Shown: positions 18,815 to 29,513, counted from the stretch's first letter. The stretch is 64,000 bases of DNA from an uncultured delta proteobacterium (GCA_963713045.1 CAVQKE010000001.1:96001-160000); one strand, 5' to 3'. The notes: generated from the sequence alone by a model not told the origin. A program made the numbers and translations.

Positions 18815-20206
18815 CTAAGGTGGACTCGCAGAATTCGAAGGGGCCGATGTCGCCCGCCTCGGCAGGCCCGTTGGCGACTCGGCGAGTGCATAGGTCACCC
18901 ATGCGACCGCCGCGGAGGTCTGCCCGAAGGCTTCTGCATTCACCTTGTCCAAAGTGTCACCGGCGGAGTGGTGAACATCAAAGTAGTGCGTAACGTCCTG
19001 GACGACTGAAACCAGCGGCACCTGCTCATCCGTCATTGGCGTTAGGTCGGCGCCGAACGCATCTCGCGGCAACAGGGTTCCGGCGTCTAGAGAAGCCAGA
19101 GGGGGGAGCCAGGCGTCGACCAACGCTGCAGCGCCGTTGCCACCCCGGACGGCGACGCCGAGGGGACGGTCCGCACCCGAGTCCATTTCCATGGCCGCGA
19201 CGTGGTGTGGCAACTCTGCCCGGTGAGCCAGCGCATACGCCCTTGCACCGCTCAGCCCATTCTCCTCGTTCATAAAGAGGACGAAGCGAACCGTGCGCCG
19301 CGGTCTTTCTCTCAGGCCGGCGAGGAGGCGTGCGGTTTCAAGCACCAACGCCACCCCTGCCCCATCATCCTGCGCCCCGACGGCCAAGTCCCAGCTGTCC
19401 AGGTGTGCGCCCAATAGAACAACCTCCTCGGGGTGCTCACGTCCACGCAACTCCGCCACGACGTTAAACGACTGTACCGGCGGCAGCAGGCGGCAACTCA
19501 GGACAAGGCGAACCTCGACAGCACCTAACGCTAAGAGGCGATGCAAGAGCTCGGCGTCTTCAACGGAGATGGCGGCGGCGGGAATCGTCGACTGCCCCTC
19601 CTCGAATTGCGTTTGCCCAGTGTGCGGCGAGCGTATCGAGGCCGTGGCGAGCGAACGCACCAGCGCGCCTACAGCACCCTGCTTTGCGGCCGCGGACGGC
19701 CCCTGGTTACGCAGCTCGCTGAAACGGCGGTAATCCGACGCCACTGCCATGGCGTGGTTGAAGAAGACGATTCGTCCCTTCACCGCAGCGCCCAGCGCCT
19801 TCAGTTGAGAAAGCGAAGAGACCTCGACGAGCTGAGCCGTTAGCCCACCAACTGGAGTACTAGGACTGCCGCCGAGCGCCGTCAGCGCCAGGATTTGCCT
19901 TTGCCGCCCAGGCGCTGCGAGTACCTCCCCCTGCTCGATGCCGCGGACCCATACCGGAACCAACACCGGCTCCTTTCGGGGTTCGAGGCCAAAGGCGGAG
20001 AACTGAGCCATGGCCCAAGCGATGGCGGCCTCGGCCCCGCTTGAGCCCGCAAGCCGCGGTCCAACGTGGTCAACCAAGTCCGAAAGAAGGACATACGCCC
20101 CACGCGACTCTTGAGCCTGTGTCATCAGTGGCCCGGAGGCAGCGTTGAAGTCGACCGTCGCGCCAGCGTGGAGGACAAGAACGAGAAGCGGGGCGCTGGG
20201 GAGCAT
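18815..20206 (-). CDS. M28/M20 family secreted metallopeptidase (carboxypeptidase Q-like, PA domain)
   Basis: GPRLAGS, SPHTG, LGAHLDSWD, GAQDDGAG, NEENGL, EMDSG, YFDVHHSAGDTLDK. Confidence 0.9.
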   Translation of the reverse strand: MLPSAPLLVLVLHAGATVDFNAASGPLMTQAQESRGAYVLLSDLVDHVGPRLAGSSGAEAAIAWAMAQFSAFGLEPRKEPVLVPVWVRGIEQGEVLAAPGRQRQILALTALGGSPSTPVGGLTAQLVEVSSLSQLKALGAAVKGRIVFFNHAMAVASDYRRFSELRNQGPSAAAKQGAVGALVRSLATASIRSPHTGQTQFEEGQSTIPAAAISVEDAELLHRLLALGAVEVRLVLSCRLLPPVQSFNVVAELRGREHPEEVVLLGAHLDSWDLAVGAQDDGAGVALVLETARLLAGLRERPRRTVRFVLFMNEENGLSGARAYALAHRAELPHHVAAMEMDSGADRPLGVAVRGGNGAAALVDAWLPPLASLDAGTLLPRDAFGADLTPMTDEQVPLVSVVQDVTHYFDVHHSAGDTLDKVNAEAFGQTSAAVAWVTYALAESPTGLPRRATSAPSNSASPP

Positions 20207-20377
20207 CAGGGGTGCGTCTTCCGGGAAAAGGCGACCTGTCTAGCACAGCCAAAGCGCCAAATTCGTCCTGACCTCGGGCCCGTAGGCCCCTGGCGTGCTG
20301 GCATTGAGGAAAAGCGAAGGGGGCGCGCATTCATCGCTTCGTCAGCGCCGGCATGACCAGGTAGCTTCGGTCCACTC

Positions 20378-20911
20378 TTGCTACCGCTCCGCGCATTGGT
20401 CGCCGGCGCCGTCCTGCTTGTGGCGCTTCCGGCCTGGTGCAGCGACCAGGAGGCGACCCGCCCGTTTAGTGCACCCTGGTGGGGTCCCGAATCGGTGGTC
20501 CTCTACGGTGGCGTTTACGGCCTCAGGGGACCTGAGAAGTGGGAGGACGGCTTTTTCGGTTTGGAGCTGCGGGGAGGCCACTTTTGGTGGGAGCTTCGTC
20601 TCATCGCCGGTGCGTTGAGCGCCTCAGATGGTTCGGGCTACCTCTACGCCGGAGTCCTGGCCGACATCCCAGTGGCCAATGTCCTCCACATCATTCTCAG
20701 CTTCGCGCCTGGAGTTTACAGCGGCGGAACGGACTACCAACTCGGCTTTCCGCTCATTTTCCGCTCCACCGTCGAATTCTCGGTGGCTGTCGCTGGATCG
20801 GTTCGGCTGGGGGTCAGTGCGAGCCACATGTCCAACGGAAGGCTCGCACACCAAAACACCGGTGTGGAATCCCTGTCATTGACCGTCACAATGCTGACGC
20901 TTCCCTACTAA
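20378..20911 (+). CDS. Acyloxyacyl hydrolase / PagL-like lipid A 3-O-deacylase
   Basis: Signal peptide, alternating beta-strands, LGFPLIFRS.VE...SHMSNG.L...N.GVE catalytic His-Ser motif. Confidence 0.75.
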   Translation: MLPLRALVAGAVLLVALPAWCSDQEATRPFSAPWWGPESVVLYGGVYGLRGPEKWEDGFFGLELRGGHFWWELRLIAGALSASDGSGYLYAGVLADIPVANVLHIILSFAPGVYSGGTDYQLGFPLIFRSTVEFSVAVAGSVRLGVSASHMSNGRLAHQNTGVESLSLTVTMLTLPY

Positions 20912-21008
20912 CGCGCGCGCAGCCTGAAACCATGGGGGTTGGTTTTGACTCCGGCAATCACCAGCTTTTCGGCCGAAAAGGCAAAAGGTCTGAGGGAGGC
21001 TCTCGCCA

Positions 21009-21407
21009 ATGACCGTACTCTGGGCGCTCGTTGCCGGAGCGTTGTCGCTCGCCGGCAAGCCGGACTTCCGGACAGATGTGCTTGCCACCCCGCTGGTTGA
21101 CGCGAAGAACGCCTTGGTGGACGCCGCGCTGGCCGTCCGGCGTGGCCGGGTGGATTGGGAGGAGGCCGAGGCGGGAGTCGAGGAAGCGGAAGCACGCCTC
21201 GAAGCAGTCCAAGCCCAACAGGGGCGGGCCCTGGAAGAACGCAAGCCTTGGCAGGGGGCTCACTCGCTCGCTTCGGCCGAGCTGAAATTGCAGACTGCGC
21301 TGAGGGCTCTGGACATATTCGGTGGCCGTTTGAGCAGGGCGGAAAAACGTCTGCAAACGGCTAATGCCGCGCTCAACCAAGCCGAGAAAGCCCTGGCCAG
21401 CCCATAG
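21009..21407 (+). CDS. Exported coiled-coil hypothetical protein
   Basis: GGAGG RBS, N-terminal signal, heptad-rich Ala/Glu/Leu sequence. Confidence 0.55.
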   Translation: MTVLWALVAGALSLAGKPDFRTDVLATPLVDAKNALVDAALAVRRGRVDWEEAEAGVEEAEARLEAVQAQQGRALEERKPWQGAHSLASAELKLQTALRALDIFGGRLSRAEKRLQTANAALNQAEKALASP

Positions 21408-21500
21408 GGGCGCATTCAGGCTAGGACAGGGCGGAGCCCCTCACAGGACAGAGAGGGTTGTCGTCCGCGACGTCCAATGGTGTATGCCAGACGGCCACCC

Positions 21501-22898
21501 ATGTCTACGAACGGACGCCTTCTCGTCATCGACGATGACCGCGAAACGTGCGAGCTCCTTCAAGAGCTCTTAAGCCGCGAGGGGTTCATCGTCACGGCGC
21601 TGACGTCGGCAACCGAGGCACTTTCTCGGGTTGTGGCAGAGGATTTCGACGCCGTCCTGACCGACTTGGGGATGGACGAAATGGATGGTGTCTCCCTTTG
21701 CCGGCGCATTCTCGAAATTCGACCGGACCTCCCAGTCATCGTTGGCACCGGCCAGGGAAGCATGGAGACCGCCATCGCCGCGATGCGCGCCGGTGCCTAC
21801 GACTTCGTCACCAAGCCGTTCGACCCCAAGTTGTTGGCGCTCAGCGTCGGCCGCGGCGTCCAGAACCACCGACTCCGGAATGAGCTGAAACGCCTGAGGC
21901 AGAGCAACACGTCTCTTTCGACTCCTGGCTTCGTCGGCCGCTCGGCGGCGATGCGCCGCGTTGGAGAACTGCTGACGCGCTTGGTCGACTCGGACGCATC
22001 CGTTCTCATTCAGGGGGAAACGGGAACCGGCAAAGAGCTCGTCGCGCGCCTCATCCACTCGAGCGGCAAGCGCCGAGATGGTCCCTTCGTCGCCATTAAC
22101 TGCGCAGCGGTTCCTCATGCGCTCATCGAGAGTGAGCTTTTCGGACACGCCCGCGGCGCCTTCACGGACGCGCGAACGGAACGCACTGGCCTTTTTGTGG
22201 AGGCCGACGGCGGGACGCTGTTTCTTGACGAAATCGCAGAACTCCCTTTGGAAACGCAGCCCAAGCTGTTGCGCGCGCTTCAAGAGCGCACCGTTCGTCC
22301 GGTCGGTTCCAACACAGAACAGTCCTTTGATGTCCGGATTGTCTCCGCCACCAATCGCGACTTGGAATACGAGGTCTTCGAGAAGCGCTTTCGAGAGGAC
22401 CTCTTTTACCGAATCGACGTCGTAACGATCGAGCTGCCGCCCCTACGCAACCGCGGCGGCGACGTTCTCGAGATTGCCCAGCACCTTCTCGAGCGCTTCG
22501 CCCAGCGGACTGGGAAGCAGCCTCTCGTTCTGTCCGCCGCCGCCGCAGAGAAATTGGTGGCCTACGGATGGCCCGGAAATGTCCGGGAGCTGGAGAATTG
22601 CTTGGAACGCGGAGTCGCTCTGGCCCGCTTCGACCAGCTCACGGTGGAGGATTTGCCGGACAAAATCCGGAACTACCGCGCCGAAAAGTTTGTCGTCGTC
22701 GCAGACGACCCAACAGAAGTCGTGACGCTCGAGAACCTCGAGAAAAGCTACATCCTGCGGGTGCTTGCACTCGTCGGCGGTAACAAGTCGCAAGCGGCGC
22801 AAATGCTGGGTGTCGACCGCCGCACCCTTTACCGGAAACTCGCGCGGTACCAGCACCCGGCCGCTGCGGCGGGGAACGCGCACCACGGCGACCGGTAA
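21501..22898 (+). CDS. Sigma54-dependent response regulator (NtrC/AtoC family)
   Basis: REC domain, GETGTGKE Walker [30 protein letters not shown]-terminal Fis HTH. Confidence 0.95.
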   Translation: MSTNGRLLVIDDDRETCELLQELLSREGFIVTALTSATEALSRVVAEDFDAVLTDLGMDEMDGVSLCRRILEIRPDLPVIVGTGQGSMETAIAAMRAGAYDFVTKPFDPKLLALSVGRGVQNHRLRNELKRLRQSNTSLSTPGFVGRSAAMRRVGELLTRLVDSDASVLIQGETGTGKELVARLIHSSGKRRDGPFVAINCAAVPHALIESELFGHARGAFTDARTERTGLFVEADGGTLFLDEIAELPLETQPKLLRALQERTVRPVGSNTEQSFDVRIVSATNRDLEYEVFEKRFREDLFYRIDVVTIELPPLRNRGGDVLEIAQHLLERFAQRTGKQPLVLSAAAAEKLVAYGWPGNVRELENCLERGVALARFDQLTVEDLPDKIRNYRAEKFVVVADDPTEVVTLENLEKSYILRVLALVGGNKSQAAQMLGVDRRTLYRKLARYQHPAAAAGNAHHGDR

Positions 22899-23031
22899 GC
22901 CGTCCATCGACCCTCCACGTTCGCGAGGAGCGGCCGAGCGTGGCGGAATGTCTCTCCCCGGGGGCACAACGTGCCAGGAATGGCCAGCCCCGTAGCCCGC
23001 AAGAGTCGCTCTTCGCCCGGAGGCCCTTCCC

Positions 23032-23048
23032 CAGGCCCAATTGTTGCT
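23032..23048 (+). promoter_or_regulatory. Putative sigma54 -24/-12 promoter for csbD-like gene
   Basis: CAGGCCCAATTGTTGCT: GG-N10-GC with TTGC, 40 nt before ATG; GGCAC-AAC-GTGCC repeat at 22963-22975 as possible UAS. Confidence 0.6.
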
Positions 23049-23087
23049 CCAGTCTCAGGCCTTAACCACCAGCGGAGGTTGGACGAC

Positions 23088-23306
23088 ATGAATTGGTCGC
23101 AAGTCGAAGGTCAGTGGAAGCAGGTGAAGGCCCAAGTCAAGTCCAAGTGGGCGAAGCTGAACGATGATGACTTGGAACAGCTCACCGCGAAGAAGGACGA
23201 CCTCGTTGGGAAACTTCAGGAGCGCTATGGCCTCCTCAAGGAGGAAGCGGAAAAGCAGGTAGACGCCTTCGTCGCTTCGCTCGGTGCCGCGAACAAGCCG
23301 AAGTAA
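23088..23306 (+). CDS. CsbD/YjbJ family general stress protein
   Basis: MNWSQVEGQWKQVKAQVKSKWAKLNDDDL...LVGKLQERYG...EAEKQVD; GGAGG RBS. Confidence 0.92.
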   Translation: MNWSQVEGQWKQVKAQVKSKWAKLNDDDLEQLTAKKDDLVGKLQERYGLLKEEAEKQVDAFVASLGAANKPK

Positions 23307-23380
23307 ACGCTGCGGGGCCGCTCCACAGCGCGGTCACAGCCCGCGTCCAGCGCCGCGGCGACTTCCTTTTTTCGGTGCAA

Positions 23381-25027
23381 TTAGACCAGCGGGAGCCAGA
23401 AGCGAACGGTCGCGCCTTCCGTCAAGTTGTTGGCTGCTCGGATGACGCCGCTGTGGGCCTCCACGATTCCTTTTGCAATGAAGAGCCCCAGTCCTGCGCC
23501 ATCGCGGCTGGCGTTGGAGCCCTTCCAATAGCGCTCGAAGAGGTGCTCGAGATGCTCCGGCGGGATGCCTGGGCCATTGTCGGTAACCGAGAATTGTGCC
23601 CGGTTTCCATCGAGAGTCACGGAGGTCGTAATTCGTCCGCCTCGTTTGGGCACAAACTTGAGGGAGTTCCCAATCAGGTTCGAGAGAACCTGCAGAATCC
23701 TTTCCCGGTCAGCGCGTACCGTCAGTGCTGCATCAAGGTTTTCCGTCTGTAACTGCGTCTCTTGCAACTCCGCCAATGGCAGCGCGGCGTCGACGGCATC
23801 CACCACCAAACTCGAGGCCTTCTCCGGCTTGGGCTGAACGGTCAACTTCCCGCCGTCGACGCGCGAGGCGTCCAGCAGGTCGTCAATCAGACGGTTCATG
23901 CGCGTGACGTTTCGCTCGATCCTCTGAACGAGCGGAATACAAGTGGGGGCGGGCGCCGTGGGCGTCTCGTTGAGAGTGGTCCGAAGCAATGCAGCACTCA
24001 TTCCCACGACGTTGAGCGGATTCCGCAAGTCGTGAGACACGATGGCCAACACATCGTCGCGGGTCGTCGCCGCATCCCGGGCTACCCGATAGAGGCGTCC
24101 GTTCTCCAGGGCCACCGACGCAGTCTGGGCAAGCTGGACAAGCATCGCTTCGTCGCCGGCGTCGAAGTCACCCTCCAGGCGGTCGGTGAGCTGGATACTG
24201 CCAATTGCTTTACCGTCTGGGCCGACCAACGGGGCGGCGAGGAGACCTCGGAGGGTAAGGCCGCTGAAGCGCTTCGCGCATGCCGCCTTCCAAGCTGGAT
24301 TGCCGTCCAACTCATTATTCGTCAAGCGGAGACTCTTCTGAGTCTCTTGAGCCAACGTCCGCCAATGCAAATCAACATCGTCGTCGGCAGTCGGGGACGG
24401 TCCGGTGCACTTTTCCGACAAGGAGCGGCGCTCGACGGCCCCTTTCCCGTCGAGACCATCTACCTGCGCCAGAGCGACGTTGGCACCGATGAGCTCGCGT
24501 GCGGTCTTGCTGATGAAGTCCATCGCGGCATCGAGCGATTGGGCGGCGTGGAGGCCGACGCTGGCGGTCGCAAGGCGCTGGAGTTGCGCGGCTTGCCGTT
24601 CGATGGAGCGATGGGCGTCCCTCGCCCGTCGGTCCGAGTCCCGAAGCCGCAGAGCCTGCCGGAGGCTCTGCGCGAGGCGCGCGGGGGTGAGGAGGTTCTT
24701 CGGGAGGTAATCAGCGGCGCCGGCCTTCATCAGCTGCACGGCGAGGGCTTCGTCCCCTTGACCGGTGAGGACGATGACTGGGGTATCCACCCCGCCCTCT
24801 CGGGCCTCGCGGAGCAACTCAAGGCCGTCGCCTCCCGGAAGTCCGAAGTCGAGCAGCACCACATCGAACTCCTTGCTGCCTAGGAGCGCTGATTCGGCCG
24901 AGACGAAGTCGCTCGCTTCGGTCACTTTCGCCTCGACGCCGCCCCGGCCCAATGCTCGCCGGACGGCAGCGCGGTCCACTTCATCATCGTCGACCAGGAG
25001 GAGCGAAAGGGGAGGGGCGGAAATCAT
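23381..25027 (-). CDS. Hybrid sensor kinase REC-GAF-HisKA-HATPase
   Basis: LLVDDD...LLD...DYLPK; IQLTDR...F...DE.ML.QLA GAF end; VSHDLRNPL; NLIGNSLKF, DNGPG, GLGL. Confidence 0.92.
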   Translation of the reverse strand: MISAPPLSLLLVDDDEVDRAAVRRALGRGGVEAKVTEASDFVSAESALLGSKEFDVVLLDFGLPGGDGLELLREAREGGVDTPVIVLTGQGDEALAVQLMKAGAADYLPKNLLTPARLAQSLRQALRLRDSDRRARDAHRSIERQAAQLQRLATASVGLHAAQSLDAAMDFISKTARELIGANVALAQVDGLDGKGAVERRSLSEKCTGPSPTADDDVDLHWRTLAQETQKSLRLTNNELDGNPAWKAACAKRFSGLTLRGLLAAPLVGPDGKAIGSIQLTDRLEGDFDAGDEAMLVQLAQTASVALENGRLYRVARDAATTRDDVLAIVSHDLRNPLNVVGMSAALLRTTLNETPTAPAPTCIPLVQRIERNVTRMNRLIDDLLDASRVDGGKLTVQPKPEKASSLVVDAVDAALPLAELQETQLQTENLDAALTVRADRERILQVLSNLIGNSLKFVPKRGGRITTSVTLDGNRAQFSVTDNGPGIPPEHLEHLFERYWKGSNASRDGAGLGLFIAKGIVEAHSGVIRAANNLTEGATVRFWLPLV

Positions 25028-25440
25028 GGCAATTCCACCTGGGTCCAATAGCGGTCGAAGGCTGACATCAAGTCAACAAAGCTCTGAAAGGTCACCGGTT
25101 TGAGCATGTAGCCTGCGACGTTCAGCTCGAATGCAGCCGCCTTGTCTTGCTCATCATCAGACGTGGTGAGAACCACCACCGGCGTTCGGCGGAGCTGCTC
25201 ATCCGCTCTCAGCTCTCGCAAAAACTCGATACCGTTCATCCGCGGAAGATTGAGGTCAAGCAATACCAGTCGTCGCACGCTGGGGGTCGACGATGCACGC
25301 AGGAGGTCGAGGGCCTCGACACCATCCACGGCGCGCAAAAGCGTCAGCGAGACTCTTGCCTTCTCGAAGGCGCGCTCAACGTTCATGACATCGACGTCGT
25401 CGTCCTCCACCAACATGATGTTGAGCGGCTTTGCAGTCAT
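25024..25440 (-). CDS. Single-domain response regulator (Rcp1-like)
   Basis: LVEDD...LLDLNLPRMNG.EFL...PVVVLTTS...KPV...YW. Confidence 0.92.
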   Translation of the reverse strand: MTAKPLNIMLVEDDDVDVMNVERAFEKARVSLTLLRAVDGVEALDLLRASSTPSVRRLVLLDLNLPRMNGIEFLRELRADEQLRRTPVVVLTTSDDEQDKAAAFELNVAGYMLKPVTFQSFVDLMSAFDRYWTQVELP

Positions 25441-27005
25441 GAACGTGCCTCTGCCTTCGGCCAAGTGAACCGGAAGGTCGCTCCCTGGCCAGGTTGCGAC
25501 TCGACCCACACTCGCCCTCCCGCGCTCTCAACGAGCTTCTTCACGGTCGCGAGTCCGATTCCGGTGCCTTCGAGCTTGTCGCGCGATGCCAGCGTTTGAA
25601 AAATCCCGAAGACGCGCTGATGGTACTGGGGCGCGATGCCTGGCCCGTTGTCGGCCACCCAAAACTCCCAGTCTGCTCCCCGGTCAATCGCACCGATGCG
25701 AACTTCTGCGCCTTCCCGACGGGCGTGCTTGAAGGCGTTACCGAGCAGGTTCATCCAGACTTGTTGAAATGGCGTTCTGACCGCGGTCACCTGGGGGAGA
25801 TGGGAGGTAACACTCACCGCAAAGAGGCCGCTCGGCGGCGAGAGAAGGTCACGAACCTCCTGCACCAACTGCCCGACGTCGATTGCCTCGCGCTGGCCTT
25901 CAACCCTCCCCGCTCGTGCGTAGGCGAGGATGCCGTCAATCAAAGACCCCATTCGCTGGACTCGACTCAGGAGGACCCGAATGTGTTCACGGGCGCCATC
26001 GGTCATCGCTTCCCCAAGGTCCTCTTCAATCCATTGCGCGAGGTTGGCGATGCCACGAAGCGGCGTCTTTAGGTCGTGGGATGCGACATAGGCGAATTGG
26101 TTCAGCTCCCGGTTGCTGCGCTCGAGCGCTGCACTGGCTGCGTTGCGCTCGGCAAGTGCCTTTTCGGTCGAGGCAATCGCCGCCGCCAGTCTGTCACTGA
26201 GGCTGCGCTCCGCCTCGAGCTGACGTCCTAGCGCTTGCTCACTTGCCTCGAGGTTCTTTCGTTGGAGTGCGAGGCTTGTCGCTTGTTCCGTGAGAAGCTC
26301 TTCATTTTCTTGCTGTAATGCAAGGTCGTGGCGGATGGCGATATTGGTTCCCAACCCAAGCATCACTGCGAAGAGACTCCCAGCGATAATCACCCAATCG
26401 GTGACTTCGATTTCATGGTCTCGGCGATTGGCCCGCTCCAAAAGAAGACCGTGTTCGATGGAAATCATCTCGTGAATCTTGCTGCGGGCGAGTTCGGTGG
26501 TTTGATCTGCGTCATTGGCCGCGATGCTTTTTTGCGCGGCCGCCAATCCACCGCTCTGGAAGGTCGTCACCGTCTTCTCGAGCTGAGTGAGCGAAGCTTC
26601 GGCCTGTCGGCGAACTTCCAACACTCGCAGCGACTGCGCTGGGTTATCGGCGACTAAGTCGCCAACGGAAGCGAGCAACGTCCGAATCTTCTGCGCCGAG
26701 TCCTTGTGCCGTTGCAGGTAATCCGGCGAATCCGTCAGCAAGTAGGCTCGCTGTTCCATCTCCGCTTCGACCAAGCCGAGCTCCACTTGCAGCAGAGCGT
26801 CATTCACCTCCAGCGAGTGCGTCACCCACGTCTGCGATTCGCGAACCCGGTCGACGCCTAAAAGCGCGGCCGCAGCAATCAAGGCCATGACGATGGGCGA
26901 CAGGAGGGCCGCCAACACCTTCCGGTCCAGAGGCCGAGCCAGAGAACGGACCTGCTTGACCAAATGGTCCACCGCCGTTCTCGTAAGCTCGGTCCGGTCG
27001 TCCAT
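25437..27005 (-). CDS. CHASE3-domain membrane sensor histidine kinase
   Basis: Two TM helices flanking WVTHSLEV...AE.EQRAYLLT...DNPAQ; SNRELNQFAYVASHDLKTPLRGI; G1/G2 boxes. Confidence 0.92.
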   Translation of the reverse strand: MDDRTELTRTAVDHLVKQVRSLARPLDRKVLAALLSPIVMALIAAAALLGVDRVRESQTWVTHSLEVNDALLQVELGLVEAEMEQRAYLLTDSPDYLQRHKDSAQKIRTLLASVGDLVADNPAQSLRVLEVRRQAEASLTQLEKTVTTFQSGGLAAAQKSIAANDADQTTELARSKIHEMISIEHGLLLERANRRDHEIEVTDWVIIAGSLFAVMLGLGTNIAIRHDLALQQENEELLTEQATSLALQRKNLEASEQALGRQLEAERSLSDRLAAAIASTEKALAERNAASAALERSNRELNQFAYVASHDLKTPLRGIANLAQWIEEDLGEAMTDGAREHIRVLLSRVQRMGSLIDGILAYARAGRVEGQREAIDVGQLVQEVRDLLSPPSGLFAVSVTSHLPQVTAVRTPFQQVWMNLLGNAFKHARREGAEVRIGAIDRGADWEFWVADNGPGIAPQYHQRVFGIFQTLASRDKLEGTGIGLATVKKLVESAGGRVWVESQPGQGATFRFTWPKAEARS

Positions 27006-27229
27006 CTCAGCCCTTCGTCAAAGGCACTCTCGCATCCCCTGACCAAAGCCCCCAGTCTAAGACTAGCCATTGGGGGCCCGGATGCGACCCCCCGTTTGAA
27101 GCCTGCATGCCACAAGCGGGGCAATCTGCCCCGCTTTTGCCGGCTCACCACTTCCAAAGCGCCGATATTCAGGCGTCGGCACGCATTTGGCAAAGCGGCT
27201 TGGCGCACGCATTCAGGAGGAGCCAACGC

Positions 27230-28111
27230 ATGAAGCGCGAACCAAGCGAGGATGCCGAGACGACGGGCGCCGAGGATCGCCTCCTCCGACGGTACTTCCT
27301 GGAGGTCGGCCGGCACCGCCTGTTGACCGCCGAGGAGGAACGCGAGCTGGGTCGACGCTACCGAGCCGGCGATCAAGCTGCCGGGCAAACCTTGGTGGCG
27401 TCCAATCTTCGTTTCGCCATTAAGGTCGCGCGCTCCTACCGCTCTCCGGGACTTCCGATGAGCGACCTCATTCAGGAGGCTTCGCTGGGACTGATGAAGG
27501 GGGTCGAGCGCTTTGACCCAGAGCGGGGAATCCGACTGATTTCCTTCGCGGTGTGGTGGATTCGCGCGCAACTCCAGAGCTACGTGCTTCGGAACTGGTC
27601 CCTGGTGAAGGTGGGAACGACTCAAGCCCAGCGCCGGGTCTTTTTCGGCCTCGGCAAGGCGAGTCGGGCAGCGAAGGCCGTGGAGGACGACAGCGAGGCT
27701 CAGACGCTCGCGTTGGCAAAGTTGCTCCAGGTCGATCCCAGCGAGCTTGCAGAGACGCGCCAGCGGATGATGTCCCGCGACGTCTCGCTGGATGCACCCG
27801 CTTCTGAAGACTCGCCCACTGCGCGAGGTGCCTCATTCGCGTCGGACGTCCCAGCGCCAGATGAGCTGGTCGCCGAGCGCGAGTGGGTAGCGCACGTCCG
27901 CACTGCAGTCGACCGGGCTTTACGCGTCTTGGACCCGCGCGAGCGCTTTATCGCTGAGCGACGGCTGCTTCGGGACGATCCGCCGACGCTGGTTTCCCTC
28001 GCTGCGCACTTTGGCTTTTCTCGCGAGCGAGCGCGGCAGCTCGAGCTGCGGGCGCAAGCGAAGCTGCGGGCCGTCCTCGCCCCGCTGCTCTCTGCCGAGT
28101 ACGCCTCGTAG
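27230..28111 (+). CDS. RNA polymerase sigma factor, RpoH/sigma32 family (myxobacterial SigB/SigC/SigE-like)
   Basis: [13 protein letters not shown]...[42 protein letters not shown]poH box, [18 protein letters not shown]. Confidence 0.93.
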   Translation: MKREPSEDAETTGAEDRLLRRYFLEVGRHRLLTAEEERELGRRYRAGDQAAGQTLVASNLRFAIKVARSYRSPGLPMSDLIQEASLGLMKGVERFDPERGIRLISFAVWWIRAQLQSYVLRNWSLVKVGTTQAQRRVFFGLGKASRAAKAVEDDSEAQTLALAKLLQVDPSELAETRQRMMSRDVSLDAPASEDSPTARGASFASDVPAPDELVAEREWVAHVRTAVDRALRVLDPRERFIAERRLLRDDPPTLVSLAAHFGFSRERARQLELRAQAKLRAVLAPLLSAEYAS

Positions 28112-28151
28112 AGAAAGCGCCTTTCACCCCGCAGTCTTTGAAGGAGTCGTC

Positions 28152-28313
28152 ATGCTCTATTGGGCTGCAGTGTTTTTTGTCATCGCGCTGATTGCCGCTG
28201 TCTTCGGCTTCGCTGGCATCGCCGCCAGCGCCGCTGGCATTGCGAAGATTCTCTTCTTTGTCTTCCTCATCTTCGCCATCATTTCTCTCGTGCTTGGTCG
28301 ACGGGCAGTTTGA
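28152..28313 (+). CDS. DUF1328 (YtjA-like) small membrane stress protein
   Basis: [48 protein letters not shown]. Confidence 0.93.
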   Translation: MLYWAAVFFVIALIAAVFGFAGIAASAAGIAKILFFVFLIFAIISLVLGRRAV

Positions 28314-28357
28314 TCCAGGACAAGAGGGCTTGCGACCCCACGCTGAGGTGCCCATCT

Positions 28358-28684
28358 ATGGCCGGCATGCGTCCTGTACAATGGAGCCAGGTGGAAGGGC
28401 TGTGGGAGATGCTTCGCCCGAAAGTCGCCGCCTACTGGTCGCGGCTTCCGAAGGACGAAGTGGCACAGCTCGGTGGTGATTGGACTTCGCTGGTCCGACT
28501 GGTGAAGCGTTACTGCGCGCTCGAGCAGAGCGGCGCCGAGGCTCAGGTCGATGCCTGGGTCGCCGGCCTTCCGTTGGAGACCCCGACCCGCGAGGCCATC
28601 CCTCCGCTGGCCCGAACCAAGGACGAGCAGCGGGCGGAAGGTGAAGGATTGGGCGTCGTTCCGGGTGCGGAAACGCGAAGCTAG
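28358..28684 (+). CDS. Divergent CsbD-like protein
   Basis: QWSQVEGLWE.LR.KV...W..L..DE...L...Y...AEAQVDAW parallels the 23088 protein. Confidence 0.6.
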   Translation: MAGMRPVQWSQVEGLWEMLRPKVAAYWSRLPKDEVAQLGGDWTSLVRLVKRYCALEQSGAEAQVDAWVAGLPLETPTREAIPPLARTKDEQRAEGEGLGVVPGAETRS

Positions 28685-28805
28685 GCGACTGCGCCCGGCG
28701 CAGGGACGGTTGGGGGCCCGGTACGGATTCCTTCCGCGGAAAGCCATTCCAGTCGGCTAGAGTCAGGGGCCGCGCCGCCGCCTTTCGGCAGGCGGTGAGC
28801 GTCCG

Positions 28806-29513
28806 ATGGCCCGACCGACAGAACGAGAACCCGAACAGCACCGAAGCGGCCGCGCCGGGTGGCTTCGCGCGGCGGTCTTGGGGTCCGATGACGGAATCGT
28901 TTCCACCTCAAGCTTGATGATTGGTGTCGCCGCCGCATCCGCCTCGAAGGAAGCAATCCTCGTTGCTGGCGCAGCGGGGCTCGTGGCCGGCGCAATGTCG
29001 ATGGCGGCAGGAGAGTATGTCTCCGTCAGCTCTCAACGCGACGCCGAGGAGGCCGATATCGAGATTGAGAAATTTGAGCTGGCGGTGCGCCCGCGAGCCG
29101 AGCTGCAAGAGCTTGCGTCTATTTACGTCCGCCGCGGGTTGGATAAGGACCTCGCAATGAAGGTTGCAGAGCAGCTGAGCACCCACAACCGACTCGAGGC
29201 CCACCTGAAGGACGAACTGGGCATCGACCGCGCAACCATGGCGCAGCCCCTCCAGGCGGCGTGGATTTCGGCGCTCAGCTTCGCCACCTTTGCACTGATC
29301 CCCATCTTCGCCATGCTCATCGCTCCGCCGGCTTGGCGTCTGCCGGCCATCGCAGTTTCGTCGTTGGCCAGCCTTGGGGTTCTGGGCGCATTCGGAAGCC
29401 ATCTTGGCGGCGCACCCCTTGGCCGGGGCGCCTTGCGCGTGATGGTAGGCGGCGGCCTCGCCATGGCGGTGACAGCCGCCATCGGTCGCCTGCTCGGCAC
29501 TTCAGTCGGTTGA
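28806..29513 (+). CDS. VIT1/CCC1 family Fe/Mn transporter
   Basis: GWLRAAVLGSDDGIVS, AGAMSMAAGEYVSVSSQRD, ELGI...PLQAA. Confidence 0.93.
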   Translation: MARPTEREPEQHRSGRAGWLRAAVLGSDDGIVSTSSLMIGVAAASASKEAILVAGAAGLVAGAMSMAAGEYVSVSSQRDAEEADIEIEKFELAVRPRAELQELASIYVRRGLDKDLAMKVAEQLSTHNRLEAHLKDELGIDRATMAQPLQAAWISALSFATFALIPIFAMLIAPPAWRLPAIAVSSLASLGVLGAFGSHLGGAPLGRGALRVMVGGGLAMAVTAAIGRLLGTSVG

